Below are positions 13,471 through 27,451 of a stretch of 64,000 bases of DNA, one piece after another (positions within the stretch are counted from its first letter, which is position 1; each line of letters begins with the position of its first letter). The DNA is from Octopus vulgaris (lineage: Eukaryota), in the NCBI GenBank assembly GCA_951406725.2, contig OX597818.1, forward strand, positions 17,608,001-17,672,000, written 5' to 3'. The position numbers and the translations under genes are program-made. Below the pieces are notes generated by a model. It was not told the DNA's origin, did no database searches, and saw only the letters and a program-made list of their open reading frames with translations.

Positions 13471-14237
13471 GTTTGTTTGTTTGTTTCTTTCTTTCCCTCC
13501 TTCTTTCTTTCCTTTTCCTTACTCTCTGCTTTTCTCAAGACTGTGTCAAAGCTATTTACTTCAGGCACCAGGCATGGCTGTGTCGTAAGAAGTTTGCTTC
13601 CCAACCACGACATGGTTCCAGGTTCAGTCCCACTGCTGTGTGGCACCTTGGGCAAGAGTCTTCTACTAAAACTCAGGCCAGCCAATACTTTGTGAATGGA
13701 TTTGGTAACATGGAAACTGAAAGAAGCCTGTCTTTCAACACTTTAAGCCAAGAACTTATTCTTTTACAAACCAACACTGGTTGTCAAGTGGTGCTGTGGT
13801 CAAATACACACACACACACATACATACACTCATGTATATATACACATACACAACAGATGTCTTCAGTTTCCTTAAAACCACATCCACACAGAAGGCTTTG
13901 GTCAACCTGGGACTATAGTAAAAGACACTTGCTCAAATTGCCATGCTGTCCAAAACCATAAGGTTGGAAAACAATCTTCTTACCACACAGCTATGCCTGC
14001 TGTAAATTTAAATATTGATAAATCCTTACTTTCCTCTAGGCTAAATAGAAACAAGAATGTAAATATGTAAAAATATATAGTATAGGCACAGACGTGGCTG
14101 TGTGGTAAGAAGCTTGCTTCCCAACAACATGGTTCCAGGTTCAGTCCCACTGCATGGCACCTTGGGCAAGTGCCTTCCACTGCAGCCTCAGACCAACCAA
14201 AGTCTTGTGAATGGTAGACGGAAGCTGAAAGAAGCCT

Positions 14238-15389
14238 GGGTGTAAGAGACGAACTCTATAACTGGTTAAAATCCTTTATTTTCGGCCGAAAAGAGGCTGT
14301 CACAGTTCTAGGACAGCACTCTTCGCCCTATGAGATGACATCTGGTGTGCCGCAGGAACTGTTCTTGGCCCCCTTTTATTTGTTGCATATGTTAATGACA
14401 TAGATGCCAACTTAAAGAATGCCACAGTGCTGAAATATGCAGATGACATCAAGCTGTACCTCGAAATAAAGAGGTCAAATCATGTAAACTATGGATCTCT
14501 ATTGCAAGCAGACCTGGACACAATGCAGCAGTGGATCATGGACTGGCAACTCAAGCTGGCTGTGGACAAATGTACCACCATGCATTTTGGGAGGTGAAAC
14601 CCAGCGTCCACCTACTCCCTCCACAACACTAGTCTCAAAAAGTCTTCAAGTGAACGTGACCTGGGTGTTATTGTCGACAGTGATTTGCGTTGGACAAAAC
14701 ACATCGCTAAAATTGTCAAGAAGGCTGAGGGTATCTTGGCATCACTCACCAAATCCTTTGTGAGCCGCTCTCCGGCTATCTATCTGCGGCTTTATATAGC
14801 TATGGTAAGACCTCACCTGGAATTTGCATCACCGGTCTGGAACCCCTATCTTGCCCAGGACATCAATCGTCTGGAAGCTGTTCAGCGACGTGCAACCAAA
14901 AGAATACCCTCCATCAGGCATTTGCCATATCCTGAACGCCTTACTTCCCTGGGCATGGACACATTGAAACTCCGACGTCTGGCAGCTGACTTGGCAGACA
15001 CCCATAAAATTATCAACCATCACACAAACAATAACTCTGAGCACCTCTTCAAATTCCACCCATCTAACACCCGTGGACATAATTACAAAGTAAGAAAACA
15101 GCACAGCTCCCATGACTTCAGGAAACATTTTTTCACGCTGAGAGTTGCTGAAGCATGGAACAAACTGCCGGCATCGGTTGTTAGTTGTCGGAGCACTGCA
15201 TCCTTCAAAACTTCCATGCTTCCTGAGATTCGCCAACACTACACTTGATTTTCTCCCCTCCATACACACACAAGCATGTATCTGACTCATACACTGTTCA
15301 CTTTCCAGACATTTCTACATTACTGCATGTACTTTATATGCACTTTCTGACAAGTTGTGGTGCACCTGAGCACTGTATACAATAATTTC

Positions 15390-15405
<16 letters not shown>
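14238..15405 (+). mobile_element. 5'-truncated CR1/L2-group LINE
   Basis: GVPQ and KYADDIKLY RT motifs; ORF 14685-15248 with VRPHLEFASPVWNPY, LEAVQRRATK, RGH, FF..RV..WN.LP; (ATT)n tail. Abuts a truncated SINE. Confidence 0.9.
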
Positions 15406-15436
<31 letters not shown>

Positions 15437-15487
15437 TATCTTACTAACTCTCATTTTTTACTCTTTCTTTTTTCTTTTGCTTCCCAG

Positions 15488-15642
15488 CTGGCTTCTCGGT
15501 GTCAAGACCTCATCCCTCGTGCTGTTCTTTGTCTAGGTAAGGTGTACAGCCAACTGTGTACTCCTAATAACCTACCTAGAGATACACGTAATTCACTGTT
15601 GAGTACTGCACAGGAATATATTAACTTATTCAGCTTTACAAA
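15488..15642 (+). CDS. AP5Z1: AP5Z1 coding exon
   Basis: Acceptor ttcccag, donor gtaagt. LASRCQDLIPRAVLCLGKVYSQL...AQEYINLFSFT(N) carries the diagnostic LASR.QDLIPRA motif. Confidence 0.95.
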
Positions 15643-15713
15643 GTAAGTCTCTAATTTTTTTTCATCTCTCTACATTCTGTTTGGTACTCTGTCTATATCT
15701 ATCTCTTTGTGTG

Positions 15714-15780
<67 letters not shown>

Positions 15781-15784
<4 letters not shown>

Positions 15785-16116
15785 TAAATAATTAGGGTTC
15801 AGCAAAGATTTGCTTTACCACATACCGAAGTTTAGAAATAGCAGCCAAAAAACGTTACTTCTTCCTCTCTGCCTGTGTGGATTGTTTTCAAGTATTTTGG
15901 TTTTTCTGGGAGTCCCTTTTTAAAGTAAAAGAAATAGCTAACGTTTTTTGGCTGCTATTTCTAAACTTTGGTATGTGGTAAAGCAAATCTTTGCTGAACC
16001 CTAATTATTTAGTATTACTTAAGTTTACCATGAAATGGTCCTTTTTTCATGCTGAATTCTACTTGGTGAAATTATTGATTACTTCTTAATTAATTAATTT
16101 TACCCTTTGTTATTAT

Positions 16117-16118
<2 letters not shown>
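15781..16118 (+). mobile_element. Fold-back insert in (TA)n, different family
   Basis: Inverted arms ~15781-15857 and ~15939-16015, then an unpaired tail, with (TA)n on both sides. No hammerhead core seen. Confidence 0.65.
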
Positions 16119-16163
<45 letters not shown>

Positions 16164-16718
16164 TATTTATTGTCTCTTTCTACCCCTCACACTTTCTCTC
16201 TCTCTCTCTCTGCCTGTTTGTATGTATTTGTTTATTTCTACCTCCCTACCTGGCTGTCTGAATCTCTACTTACCCATTTGTCTGAGTCTCTACCCACATG
16301 TCTGTCTGTGCCTCTACATACATACCTCTCTGTTTGAGCTATCTATCTACTTATCTCTCTGAGTCTCTGCCTCTCTATCTGTCTGGGTCTCAATATCCTT
16401 GTTGTTTTGTTGAGCCTCTATGTACCTACCTGTCTGAGCCCTCTGCTTACTTGTCTGTCTCTGCTCCTACCTACCTCTCTATCTGTTTATTAATATCCAC
16501 CATTGTTCCTTTCATTTTTACCTTCCTTCGGTGACACAGCTTTAAATATCAATAATCATATTTCCACTCACATATATCTTTAGTTTTCTATGTACCCACA
16601 CACATACCTACCTACTTTCTCATGTTCCATCTTGATTCTCTCTCTCTCTCTCTCCCTTCCAGTACAACTGAGATCAACATAGTAATATTTACTTATATAA
16701 TTTATCTCTCCTCCACAG

Positions 16719-16766
16719 TTTTGCCTCTGTGATATTGAACCCATCCTCTGAGATTCAAAATGGAAG
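16719..16766 (+). CDS. AP5Z1: AP5Z1 coding exon (48 nt)
   Basis: Acceptor ctccacag, donor gtaagc. FASVILNPSSEIQNG(R) resembles VAQFVLTPSTEV; phase 2/2 fits. Confidence 0.88.
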
Positions 16767-18583
16767 GTAAGCTTTACTTTAGTCTTCATATTAAAACTAT
16801 CATACCTACATTGCACAAGAGTAAAGCTTAGTAAAGGTTAGGTTGCAGGCAAATATATCTTTTGCAAGGGTTTGGCTAGTGAGTCTAGAAATATACACAG
16901 CTCATCATGAACTAATCACATCTTTCTCCAACACCTTATTTTATTGCTCTAGCCATTGACTTCCTAGCTGTACCTTTTTAGCCTAGTAACCCTTTTATTT
17001 CTGGGGTTCTTTTTTCATCAAATGTATGTTTCCAGTGCTACCATAAATTTAACTGTGAAAGTGCTTGGCCCAATTGTTAGCATGTTGGACTCATGATTGT
17101 AAGACAGTGGTTTTAATCGCTGGACTGGATGGTGCATTGTATTCTTGAGCAAAACACTTCATTTCATGTAGCTCCAGATCATTCAGCTGGCAAAAATGAG
17201 TGATCCTACGATGGAGTGGTCTCCTCTTCAGAGGAAATGTTATTATCTAGGTCATTTATACACCATAGAAACCAAGCAACCAGCCTTATGAGTCTTAGGA
17301 CTTAAGACAGTAATTTTCATAGCTTTGACCCTTTTACATTGAAACCAACCATATCCAGCCCAAATATTTTACTTGTGTTATGTTCAAGCCAGCCAGATCT
17401 AGCCTCTTACATCTACCCTACAATATCGTTCTAAAAATAAACAATCACGTCTTCAAGATAACGATGATTAATTCAGAACAATGTGAATAAATAAGCCTTT
17501 TATTTGACAGAGCAACCTGAATACCAAAGGGTTAAAAAATATATATTTTCTCTTTGAACAACTTTGCTTAAAAGCTGAAGATTCTCATTTCTGCACATTA
17601 TATGAACTTAGCAAAATTATCTACAAATCACAGTCATGTGTTCAGATTTCACTCTAACCATTGCATTGCATTACTGTGTTTCTTGTTAATGAGCACAAGT
17701 CTACCTAAATTAGTTTGCCTGAGTCACTTTAGACTAATGAGACTCAGTTTTTTTTTGACAGTATGATCCACTGGAGATATAAAAAATTTCTGATGTCCTT
17801 CACTTGGAATGTTATTTAAAAAACTAGTTTAAAGTTTAATAATTTTGAAAAAATCAAAGTTTTATTAATCAAACTTTATGTATAGCAAAATTTGAATAGC
17901 ATATGTTTCAAGATGCACAAGTATTATTAGTATGTTGTTATATTTTGGGATGGTCTTTTTTTTTTTGCCAAATAAGAACACATGCTATTTGGCAAAAAAA
18001 ATTACTGTCCCTAAAGAGAACATTTGCTCACAGACAACATGCCATACATTTTTATCGTGACAAAGATTATTTTTAAAAATGCTATTTAAAGTATAAGTAT
18101 TATACCAAGTTTAATTAATTTATTTCTAAGAAAAATAATTACTCTTCTAAGCACTCAGTATCTCTTTGATATTCATTGACCCTTGAGAGCTGACTATGCC
18201 TTCTCTTTCTCTTATGCAAGGGAGTTACCATTCTGGCTGAGGGATACTGGATTAACCATTTCATATTATAGATATTTTTTAATGTTGGTATTAAAAGGCT
18301 GCAAGCTGGTAGAATCTTTACCACACAGGGCTAAATGTTTAGTGGCATTTTGTCTGTCTTTACATTCTGAGTTCAAATACTGCCATGGTCAACTTTGTCT
18401 TTCATCATTTCAGGGTCAATAAAATAAGTACCATTTAAGCACTAGAGTCAATGTAATCAAGTATTGTCCTCCCCTAAAATTTCAGGCATTATGCCTGCAG
18501 CAAAAAGTATTATTTTCTGTATTAATTTTCCATTTTTCTCTCTCTCAGAATTTAAACCAACTGCTTTTTTTTTTTTTTTCCAG

Positions 18584-18659
18584 GTGTCATCAAGACAATA
18601 TGTGCCTACCTGTCATCATGAGAGCCACACACAACATGGTGATGACCGATAAAAAATGA
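18584..18659 (+). CDS. AP5Z1: AP5Z1 last coding exon with stop
   Basis: Poly-T ccag acceptor. (R)CHQDNMCLPVIMRATHNMVMTDKK then TGA, resembling the AP5Z1 C-terminus RYHRD...LPLALR. Confidence 0.88.
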
Positions 18660-18781
18660 AATGAAGTCATTAACTTTCATTCCCTTTGTTCTACCACCAA
18701 CTTCACCCTTACATTTTCTTTAATGAACAACAGTATACGCCTCACACCTATATCTATGTATGCATAACTGTGTATGTATAT

Positions 18782-18821
<40 letters not shown>

Positions 18822-19549
18822 GAATGTGTGTATAACGACATTGGCCAGTTTTCATTGAATTTCATTCATCTTCTCCTCAAGGCCAGTTTTAGTGGTCTCG
18901 CCTTCTCCTTCATCTACCATCACTTCCAAATATGTGATCCTTATTTACCCATTATACAGTATTCATACTTGCTTTTCCTCTACAGTATTTTGATGACACC
19001 ATCTCTGTTCTATTTCTTACAGTTTCTGCTTGTGGAATTACAGTTTCTTACCCACATTTTTTTCTTTTTTACTTATGGTATTGTATTTCCCACATCTTTA
19101 ACTTGTGATATTGTATTTCTCACACATTTTCCAGTTGTGACAGTATGTTTTCTATGAATGCCCATGACATTCTGTGCTTCCCACAAGTTTCTCTTTTGGT
19201 CATGTCTGTATGAATTCCATTACATAAAACACCGTTTTACACCTTTATGCATTCCCCTTCCCATGACTTTACTTCCTCCCACCATTCCTCACACTGGGTG
19301 AACCACAAAAAAAAAAAAATAGGTGCAGGCAAGGTTATGAGGGTAAGAAGTTTGCTTTCCATCCATGTAGCTTCGGGTTCAGTCCCACTGTGCAGCACCT
19401 TGGACAGGCCTTCCACTATAGTCTTCTACTATAGCTTCTGGTTGACCAAAGCCTTATAAGTGAATTTGGTAGAGGGAAACTAAAAGTCTGACATGCGTAA
19501 ATGTGCATGTGTATGGAAGTCTTTGTACCCCTCATATATACATATGTAT

Positions 19550-19754
19550 AGTTATTATTCTTAAACAAGAATGTTGTTGGCAGACTTCGAAGTTTCAACC
19601 AGCTATGCCATTGTAGGCAGGTCAAAACTTCAAAGTCACTGTCAGCAACATTCTTGTTTAAAAATAATAAATTTGTTCTCTAGAGACATATAAAGTAACC
19701 CACCAGATTAATGTAAAATTATATTTATTTTGATTGAACATAAAGACAAACATT

Positions 19755-19757
<3 letters not shown>
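19550..19757 (+). mobile_element. Small fold-back insert with a hammerhead 3'-half remnant
   Basis: Imperfect inverted arms (ttaaacaagaatgttg / caacattcttgtttaa) and a tail ending at (TA)n. The - strand reads GAAAC-UUCGAA-GUC; no CUGANGA box. Confidence 0.5.
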
Positions 19758-19783
<26 letters not shown>

Positions 19784-19785
<2 letters not shown>

Positions 19786-20190
19786 CAAAATAAGCAACAA
19801 GAATGACTCCGGTAATTTGGTACGATCGTTTTGTACTACATCATTTTATTAAATGTTGTAAGTATTAAAATGCTGAGCACTCATCAGCCAATTATAGAGG
19901 TTTTCCATTAATACAAAAATTTTCATATCAAATGATATGAAAATTTTTGTATTAATGGAAAACCTCTATAATTGGCTGATGGGTGCTCAGCATTTTAAAA
20001 CTGTTGTAATACTTACAACATTTAATAAAATGATGTAGTACGAAATGATTGTACCAAATTACCGGAGTCATTCTTGTTGCTTATTTTGATTATAATCACC
20101 CCACGGATTTTTATGGATAATACCATACAGAATTCTGGTGCATCTAAATTAAGTACCATATTCATTTGAATCTAAATTTTTGCTGAACTT
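19784..20190 (+). mobile_element. Shorter fold-back copy of the 36-kb element family
   Basis: Same arm and tail sequence as 36090-37094, hairpin centred on a 2-nt loop (19931-19932), (TA)n flank. Both hammerhead cores are mutated (CUGAUGG on +; CAAAA instead of CGAAA on -). Confidence 0.85.
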
Positions 20191-23100
20191 ATATATATGA
20201 ACTCCTCATGGAAGGAAAGCTTCATAAGGACAACCTAGTTTCCTTGACATTTTTTTTGCCACAGTTCTTGTCAACCACTATGACAGCTTGTGTCATGTGT
20301 CAGTCATTTATTTAAACAGCACATCAACAAAAGGAGGGCAACAAACTGTTAATGAACATTGACATAATTTTGTGTAAATGTTTGATTTGACAACTGCTTT
20401 AGTCAGAGTCATATTGCAACCATTTCAGGCAATATAATGTTCTACACATTACCAAACAACCCTAAAATGTCTTACACTAAATGAAACTATATTACACCAA
20501 ATAATACTATACTATCTCTAAAATTTTATATCTGGCTTTCTGTTATAATATCCTAGTTCCATTACAGCAGCAAGTATGTTCAAGAAATTTAATATTTGGC
20601 AATCTTTCAGAGAAATTATATGAAAAGTGAAATTATTTGTTTGATAATTTGCTTAAAAATTTTTTATTTCTTAAAATTTTTTCAGCTGATTAGCTTGTTT
20701 ATGTATTTTTTGTGTATGTATGTATTTATGTGTGTGTTTGTATATATATTTGTGTATATAAGTATGTGTTTATGTGCATGTATGTATGTATGTATGCGTG
20801 GCTGTGTGGTAAGAAGCTTGCTTCCTAACCACATACCTCTGAGTTCAGTCCCACTGCATGACACTTTGGGCACATGTCTTCTACAATAGCCTCAGGCCAA
20901 CGAAAGCTTTGTGGGTGGATATGGAAGACGGAAACTTAAAGAAGCCTGTTGTGTATGTATATATATACATATATATATATATTTATATATATATAAAGAA
21001 TAAAATTATTATTATAAAATAATAACAATAATGTCAGTGGCTAACATGCTTTAAAACCATAGACGGAAAAATTCATATAAGTCTATAATATACAACTATA
21101 ATGAAGGGTACTGGGAAAAGTACCAACATGCTAGAAATAGAAGTCAAAACAACTGTAAATCATTTAAATCACTCCTATGCACAGGTGAAAGTGAGGAAAT
21201 GAGCAAAAATAGAAGATTAGCATACCTTTTGTAAATGAAATTCACAAGTAATATACAGATGATCCCATATCAATCAATTTCAGGTCCTGCTATTAATGCT
21301 CAATCATTATCAGTGAGATTTACCATGGTAGTGACAGATTGAGTTGTTAACAGTATTTAGTTTTTATTCCTTGTTCATCTAGCTCAGTATTTCCCCTGGA
21401 GGGAAGTGGAAGGATCAGTAGGGTGATGGTGGGGTAACCAAACTGAAGCAATGGATTAAAATCAACAAAAAATAATGGGTTAATTAGATTAAGTTTTATT
21501 AATGAAATACAGTTGTTTTGAATTTGTTTCAGAAAGTGGTCTATGTTTGTGATGGTGGTAGGAGGGGAGGGGAGAAATGCAACCTGGTTGTCAAGGGGTA
21601 GAATCCCAAAAGTGCCTGGGGACCACTGCTCTAGTTTGTAATTGCTATAAAGTTTAGTTCTCGTAATTACTATATTACATTAAGGTTTTTATGAGTGGGT
21701 TTAGTAGATGGAAACTGAAAGATCCCTTTCACATGTGTATATTTGTATTTGTGTGTGTAAGAGTGTTGGGTTTGTATCCTCTTCTCTTGACATCATGCAT
21801 TAATTGTAAACATGCACTATCTTACAAGCTGTGTCATTCATTTTCAATCTTCGGTGAAAAGATACCTGACCAGGGCCTAATATTTATTACCTTGCTTGGA
21901 AACAAACCTGTTGACAACTGGAAGGGCATCTGGCCATAGAAAAATCTGCCTCAACAAGTTTCATCTGACTCATGCAAGCATGGAAAAGTGAGCATTAATC
22001 CAATAATGATTATGACGTTGTTGAATTACACTGTGTAACACGATTTTTATCCTTAGGTAGCATGTTTCCTATTTGTGTACCCCTAGAAAATATGAAAAAT
22101 GGCTATTTCCTTCAAACTTTGCTTTCGTTATGATATTTATTCAAGCCTCAACACATGGCTATGATGCTGCCCCACTATTCCTGCTCATGATCACAAATGC
22201 GCATATTGTTAGCCACTAAGGAACATGCTCAAGTGGTTAATGTCAAGCAACTGACAAGCAAATCTGTGGTATTGAACAGAATATTTGCTATAGCAATATT
22301 TCTCCTTCAGCAACTCAGTACTGAATCTGTCTGAAATGTAATGGAAAATAGATCAGCTTGTAAACATTGATGTTGATGTCACAAAAGCAAAGTTTGAAGG
22401 GAATAGTAGTCATTTCCTTTGAATCCTAGATAGAATCAAATAAGAAATAACACTTACTGACCAAAGACAAAAAAAAATTGTTATACAGTGTTATTTATGC
22501 AATTAATTATACAATATTTCATATTCTGTAATTTTTCTGAGAGTCCTGTTTTGAAAACAGTATGTATTAATGGGTGAATAAAGCAAGTACCAACAATATA
22601 CTGATGTTTCTTCCTTTAATTATACAGCCTCTCCTTCTTTCTCTCTAATCTACACTAGTTTCTTGCTATATGATAAAGAGAAAAACTATTTAAAAAAATC
22701 AAGTAAAAATTCTCACTGAAGAAATGACAAGGGACCAGGAGTTGTGGTGATTTGTTGTACCTGAGAAAACTCATGAAGCTAAGTAAAATTACAGTCATCC
22801 ATACATACAGGCATGTCCATTGCAGGTGTGCTGGTGCCATGTAAAATGCACTCACACTGGTCCCACATAAGATGCACTTGTGCTGCATAAATGCACCCAA
22901 TCAGTGACACATAAAGAAGCACCCAGCATACTCTGTTGAGTGGCTCACATTAGGAAGGGCATCCAGCCATAGAAACCATGCCAAAACAGGAAATTAGAGT
23001 ATGGACAGCTCCCTGGCTGGCCAGCTCCTGTCAAACCGTCCAACCCATGCCAGCATGAATGATGATGATGGTGATGATCAATGCTGATGGACATATTCAT

Positions 23101-24502
23101 TCATTGATCTCCTATGTGTGTGTATATGTATGCAAATATGTCTGGAGATGACTGCCTAGATAAGTAGGTATGAATATGAATGCTTTCTTAGATGTGTGTG
23201 TATGCAAAAGTATTCAATCAAATCAGGTTAGATATAGGCTTGTGTGCCACATAGCAGCACATCACCGTATCCACCACTTACCAGTATTTGCTTGGGTCAT
23301 CCTGAGCAACTCTTCAACCAGTGTTCCAGTAAGATACTTCCTCATCTGCCATGACCATGAATCATGTGACAAATGCAATCCATGCAATTAAATCCTTGGG
23401 ATTTCTTGCAATAATACACAGACTTCCTTTCATTGATTACATAATCTTTTTCATTTGTAGTTTCGATCCCTGAAAACTACTCATTTCTTTGCAAATGTAT
23501 TACTTGATATGCTTACTTTAGTCTACAGTCCATGTTATATTAAACTTATCACACACAAACATCCATATATTACACTATGTAACATGATTTTTGTCCTTGG
23601 GCAATAACTTATTTTCTATTTGCTTACCCCTAGAAGGTATGAAAGATGGCTAATATTTCCTTGAAATTTTGCTTTTATTACATTTATTCAAACCCCCAAA
23701 GAATCCCTCTCAATATATGGCTGTGATGCTCCCCCACTACTCCTGTTCATGATCAGAAATGCACATATTGTTTAGCCCCTTGTGGGCAGTAAAGAAATAG
23801 ATGTAGTAGGATGCAAATAAACACAAAAGCACACACAGTTGTATGATACATACTATAGGCTTCTTTCAATTTCTGTCAACCAAATCCACTGACAAGGCTT
23901 TGGTTGGCCTGAAGCTATATTAGAAGATGCTTGCCCAAAGTGCCATGCAGTGGGACTGAACCTGGAACCATGTAATTGGGAAGCAAGCCTCTTACCACAC
24001 AGCCATGCCTGCTCCTATATTTTAAATAAGTTTCAATAACTGGTCAGCTTAAGCCTCTTATTTCTTTATTGCCCACAAGGGGACAAACAAACAGATTAAG
24101 TCGATTACATTGACCCCAGTGCATAACTGGTACTTAATTTATCAACCCTGAAAGGATGAAAGGCAAAGTCTACCTTGGCGGAATTTGAACTCAGAACGTA
24201 GCAACAGACAAAATCCCTCTAAGCATTTCACCCGGTGTGCTAACGATTCTGCCAGCTCACCGCCTTCTTACCACATGCTTGCCCTTATATTCTAAATATA
24301 TTTTAAATAAGTTTCAATATAAACTAGTCAGCTTATTGGAAATTTTTTTTTTAAATCAGAAATTTAAATTATGAAAATATTTGTTTTTAGCAAAATGAAA
24401 TGACAAACTAAAACTTTTATCCTTTTTTTAATAAACTGGACAGTTTTTTTATTTTAATTAAAAATTAATATTTTGTTGTTTTTACTTCTTTTGTTATTAA
24501 TT

Positions 24503-24508
24503 TTTATT
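24503..24508 (-). promoter_or_regulatory. Candidate polyadenylation signal of the OGFr-domain gene
   Basis: AATAAA on the - strand about 85 nt after the stop; the region is AT-rich, so specificity is low. Confidence 0.35.
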
Positions 24509-24592
24509 TTCTTCAAAACAATATCATCATCCAGATATCTTCTGTTCTTCTGAATAATATGTGACAGTCTATTTGTTCAAATTCATTATCTC

Positions 24593-24758
24593 TTATATTT
24601 TTAACCAGCTGTTAGAATAATGATCTTTTGCATCTGCTAAAAATCCAATGTTAATAAGGTTAGTGATGAATTGTACCCATTTCTTCTGTAATTTACTGTA
24701 ACCCAGACATTTCAAAGAGATCATGATTCTTGTAAAGTGTTCATAGTTGTGTGGGTTC
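24593..24758 (-). CDS. OGFr-domain gene, last coding exon with stop
   Basis: Acceptor gtatacag. NPHNYEHFTRIMISLKCLGYSKLQKKWVQFITNLINIGFLADAKDHYSNSWLKI then TAA, matching HN...TRI..SL..LG. Confidence 0.92.
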
Positions 24759-25966
24759 CTGTATACAGCAAAGAAATACATTTGTAAAAATCTTTTGTAT
24801 GTATATATATACATATAAGACAAGGTATGAATAATGGCCTTTGCATATTCACTTATTCTTTCACATTTGACTTACAGCTGTCTCTGATAAGCATTATATG
24901 TTCACTCTTTGATGTGTTTACTCAATCGGTCCATTGATCAGCTTCCAAAGGAGATGACAAAGGAATACACTAGTTGTGAAATGTTGTGTCATCAAGGACT
25001 TATCCAACCCATGCAAACATGGAAAAGAAAACAAAAAGTACAATGGCTATGATGGCAATTTTGTTACTCCACAGAGCACTTGTCATTGAGATACATATGG
25101 ATTTAATAGATTGTTGTCCATTTTATTGGGGTTCATAAATAGAATATAATGCCGGTGGCACGTAAAAAGCTCCAACTGAATGTGGCCAATCCCAGTACCC
25201 CCAGACTGGTTCCCATGCCAGTGGCGCATAAAAAACACCATCTGAACATGTTCGATGCCAGATCTGCCTGACTGGCTCCTGTGCTGATGGCATGTAAAAA
25301 GCACCAACCTGTCATGACCAATGCCAGTACCCCTTGACTGGCTCCTGTGCTGGTGGCACATAAAAAGCACCCACTACACTCTCAGAGTGGTTGGCATTAC
25401 AAAGGGTATCCAGCTGTAGAAACTCTGCCAGACCAGATTGGAGCCTAGTGCAGCTGCTGGTTCTCCAGACCTCAGTCAAACCGTCCAATCCATGCCTGCA
25501 TGGAAAACGGACATTAATCGATGATGATGATGTTGTTAATATACCATCCTTCCTTCTTGCAATCACTAGAGTCTATGAGAGCCTGTATAAGGTTATTTTA
25601 CGAGCGAAAAATAGCAGCCAAAAATTTGTTAAATAAAACCATACCATCTTAAACAAGGAAGAACATATTAAATAATGATAAATAAGAGGGAATGGTGTTG
25701 GATAGAATGCCTTATTGATCAAATTGGTTAACATGGAAGAATTAAACAACACTAATGACTGGTTTAGACACTGGAGAAATCGGACTTTTGAGAGGACACA
25801 ATATTCTAGGCTGCGCCTTGCACCCTCACCTGATAAACCATTGCATGGTATGATTGACACTTTGGTTAGGCCTCCATTGAATAGACATGGGGAATATTTG
25901 AAACAATAAATCTAATGGCTTGTACTAAATCTCTTGATTTATTACATATGGTCCTTACATGTGGCT

Positions 25967-26182
25967 TAACCCTTTAGCTTTCAGATTTCATTGTCAAATG
26001 CATTGCTTATTTATTCACATTGTTTTGAATTAATCACACATCTTGTAGCTTTGAGATTTCAATGATGTGATTGTTGAATTTTAGAAGGATATTGTAAGAT
26101 AGGTGTGAGAGGTTGGATCTGGTTAGTTTTAGCATAAAACAGGTTGAATATTTGAGCTATATATGGCTAGATTAAGGGTTAA
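25967..26182. mobile_element. piggyBac-like MITE (related copies ~17325-17535 and ~26586-26810; another family ~33869-34093)
   Basis: TTAA-CCCTTT...AAGGG-TTAA termini and shared internal sequence. Confidence 0.6.
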
Positions 26183-27451
26183 AGGATTAAGGATCTGCTG
26201 TCTTAGGACTGAGCAGCAACACAATGACCTTGTTCGTCAGGTAGACAATTTATCAGAGGATCTTTTTATGCACTTCACCTATCCAATGAGAAAGCCAGTA
26301 TATGGTTACTCAATCTCCTAGAAGTAGCAGCTCTGATGACTCTTCTTTCTGCTAATTTTCATCCGTTTGCCATTGTCATTACCTCCATGTAAGAAGTGTT
26401 TCTAATCCAGTAGCTTCTTTCTTCAAACAGCTATCTTATAATGCTCTCCTTCTTATTTTCTTGGTAAATATGATTGCAATTCCTTCAAATTTTGCATTGA
26501 TCATTTTATGATTCTTAAGACAGTTTCTCATTACTTTCCCCTCCCCCATTTTCTTTTGTAACTTCCAACTTGCTAATTGGTTGTTTAACCTTTTACCATT
26601 TAACCAGCCATGTCTGGCCAAAATATTCTATTTCTTTTATGCTCAAACTGGCAAAATGCAGTGTCATACACCAACCCTACAATGAGATACTAAAAGTAAA
26701 CAATATCAAAATCGAAATCTTGTAGCTATGAGATAATGCATGATCATCACAAAACAATGTGAAGAAATAAGCATTATATTTGACAAACTAATCTGTATGC
26801 TAAAGGGTTTTATTTCTGTTTTATTCCTGGTTGCTTTCTGTCTTATTAGAAGTGGCAATCAATAAAAAAGAATTCTCTAAATCCCACCCTATAGTTTTAA
26901 AAAAAATTGAGAAGGACACATTGGATAAATTAGTTCTTGATACTCCTAAAATCTACTGGATATTCCTGACTGCAGTGCCTTGTTAATCATGGGTCTGCTT
27001 CACTCAGGGCTAAAAGATAATGACAATTCTTTGGTAAATAAGCAGGAATAGACATGACCAGAGGAAGATATATCATAGTCAGGCCAAAAGACAACGAAAT
27101 TATATCTGTAGTAAAACAAGATAAGGCATGTCTAGATGTAGACAAAACATGGTCAGGCTAATAAACAACAAGTCTGTAATGAAACCGGATGGGATTATGT
27201 CTTAGTAGAGTCATAATATAGATGGGACAAGAGATTTGTGACTCACACCTAGTCATTTGACTGATTACATACCTTTGTGATAAAAGACTTCATTTTGTTT
27301 AGTCTTAGTTTGACCTTGAACAAAGCAATAAAATGCTGTATATTGTGAGACAAGTGCTAGATGAAACTTATGGTCATTACCAGTAGGAAAGTATTTTAAC
27401 TGCACCTTTGCTCACCCCTATTCATTCTTAACAAAATATTTTTTTACATAC

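Noticed and set aside
21265-21320. - strand CTGATAA...GAAA next to a (TA)n-anchored insert
   Set aside because: Core altered and stem II does not pair convincingly.
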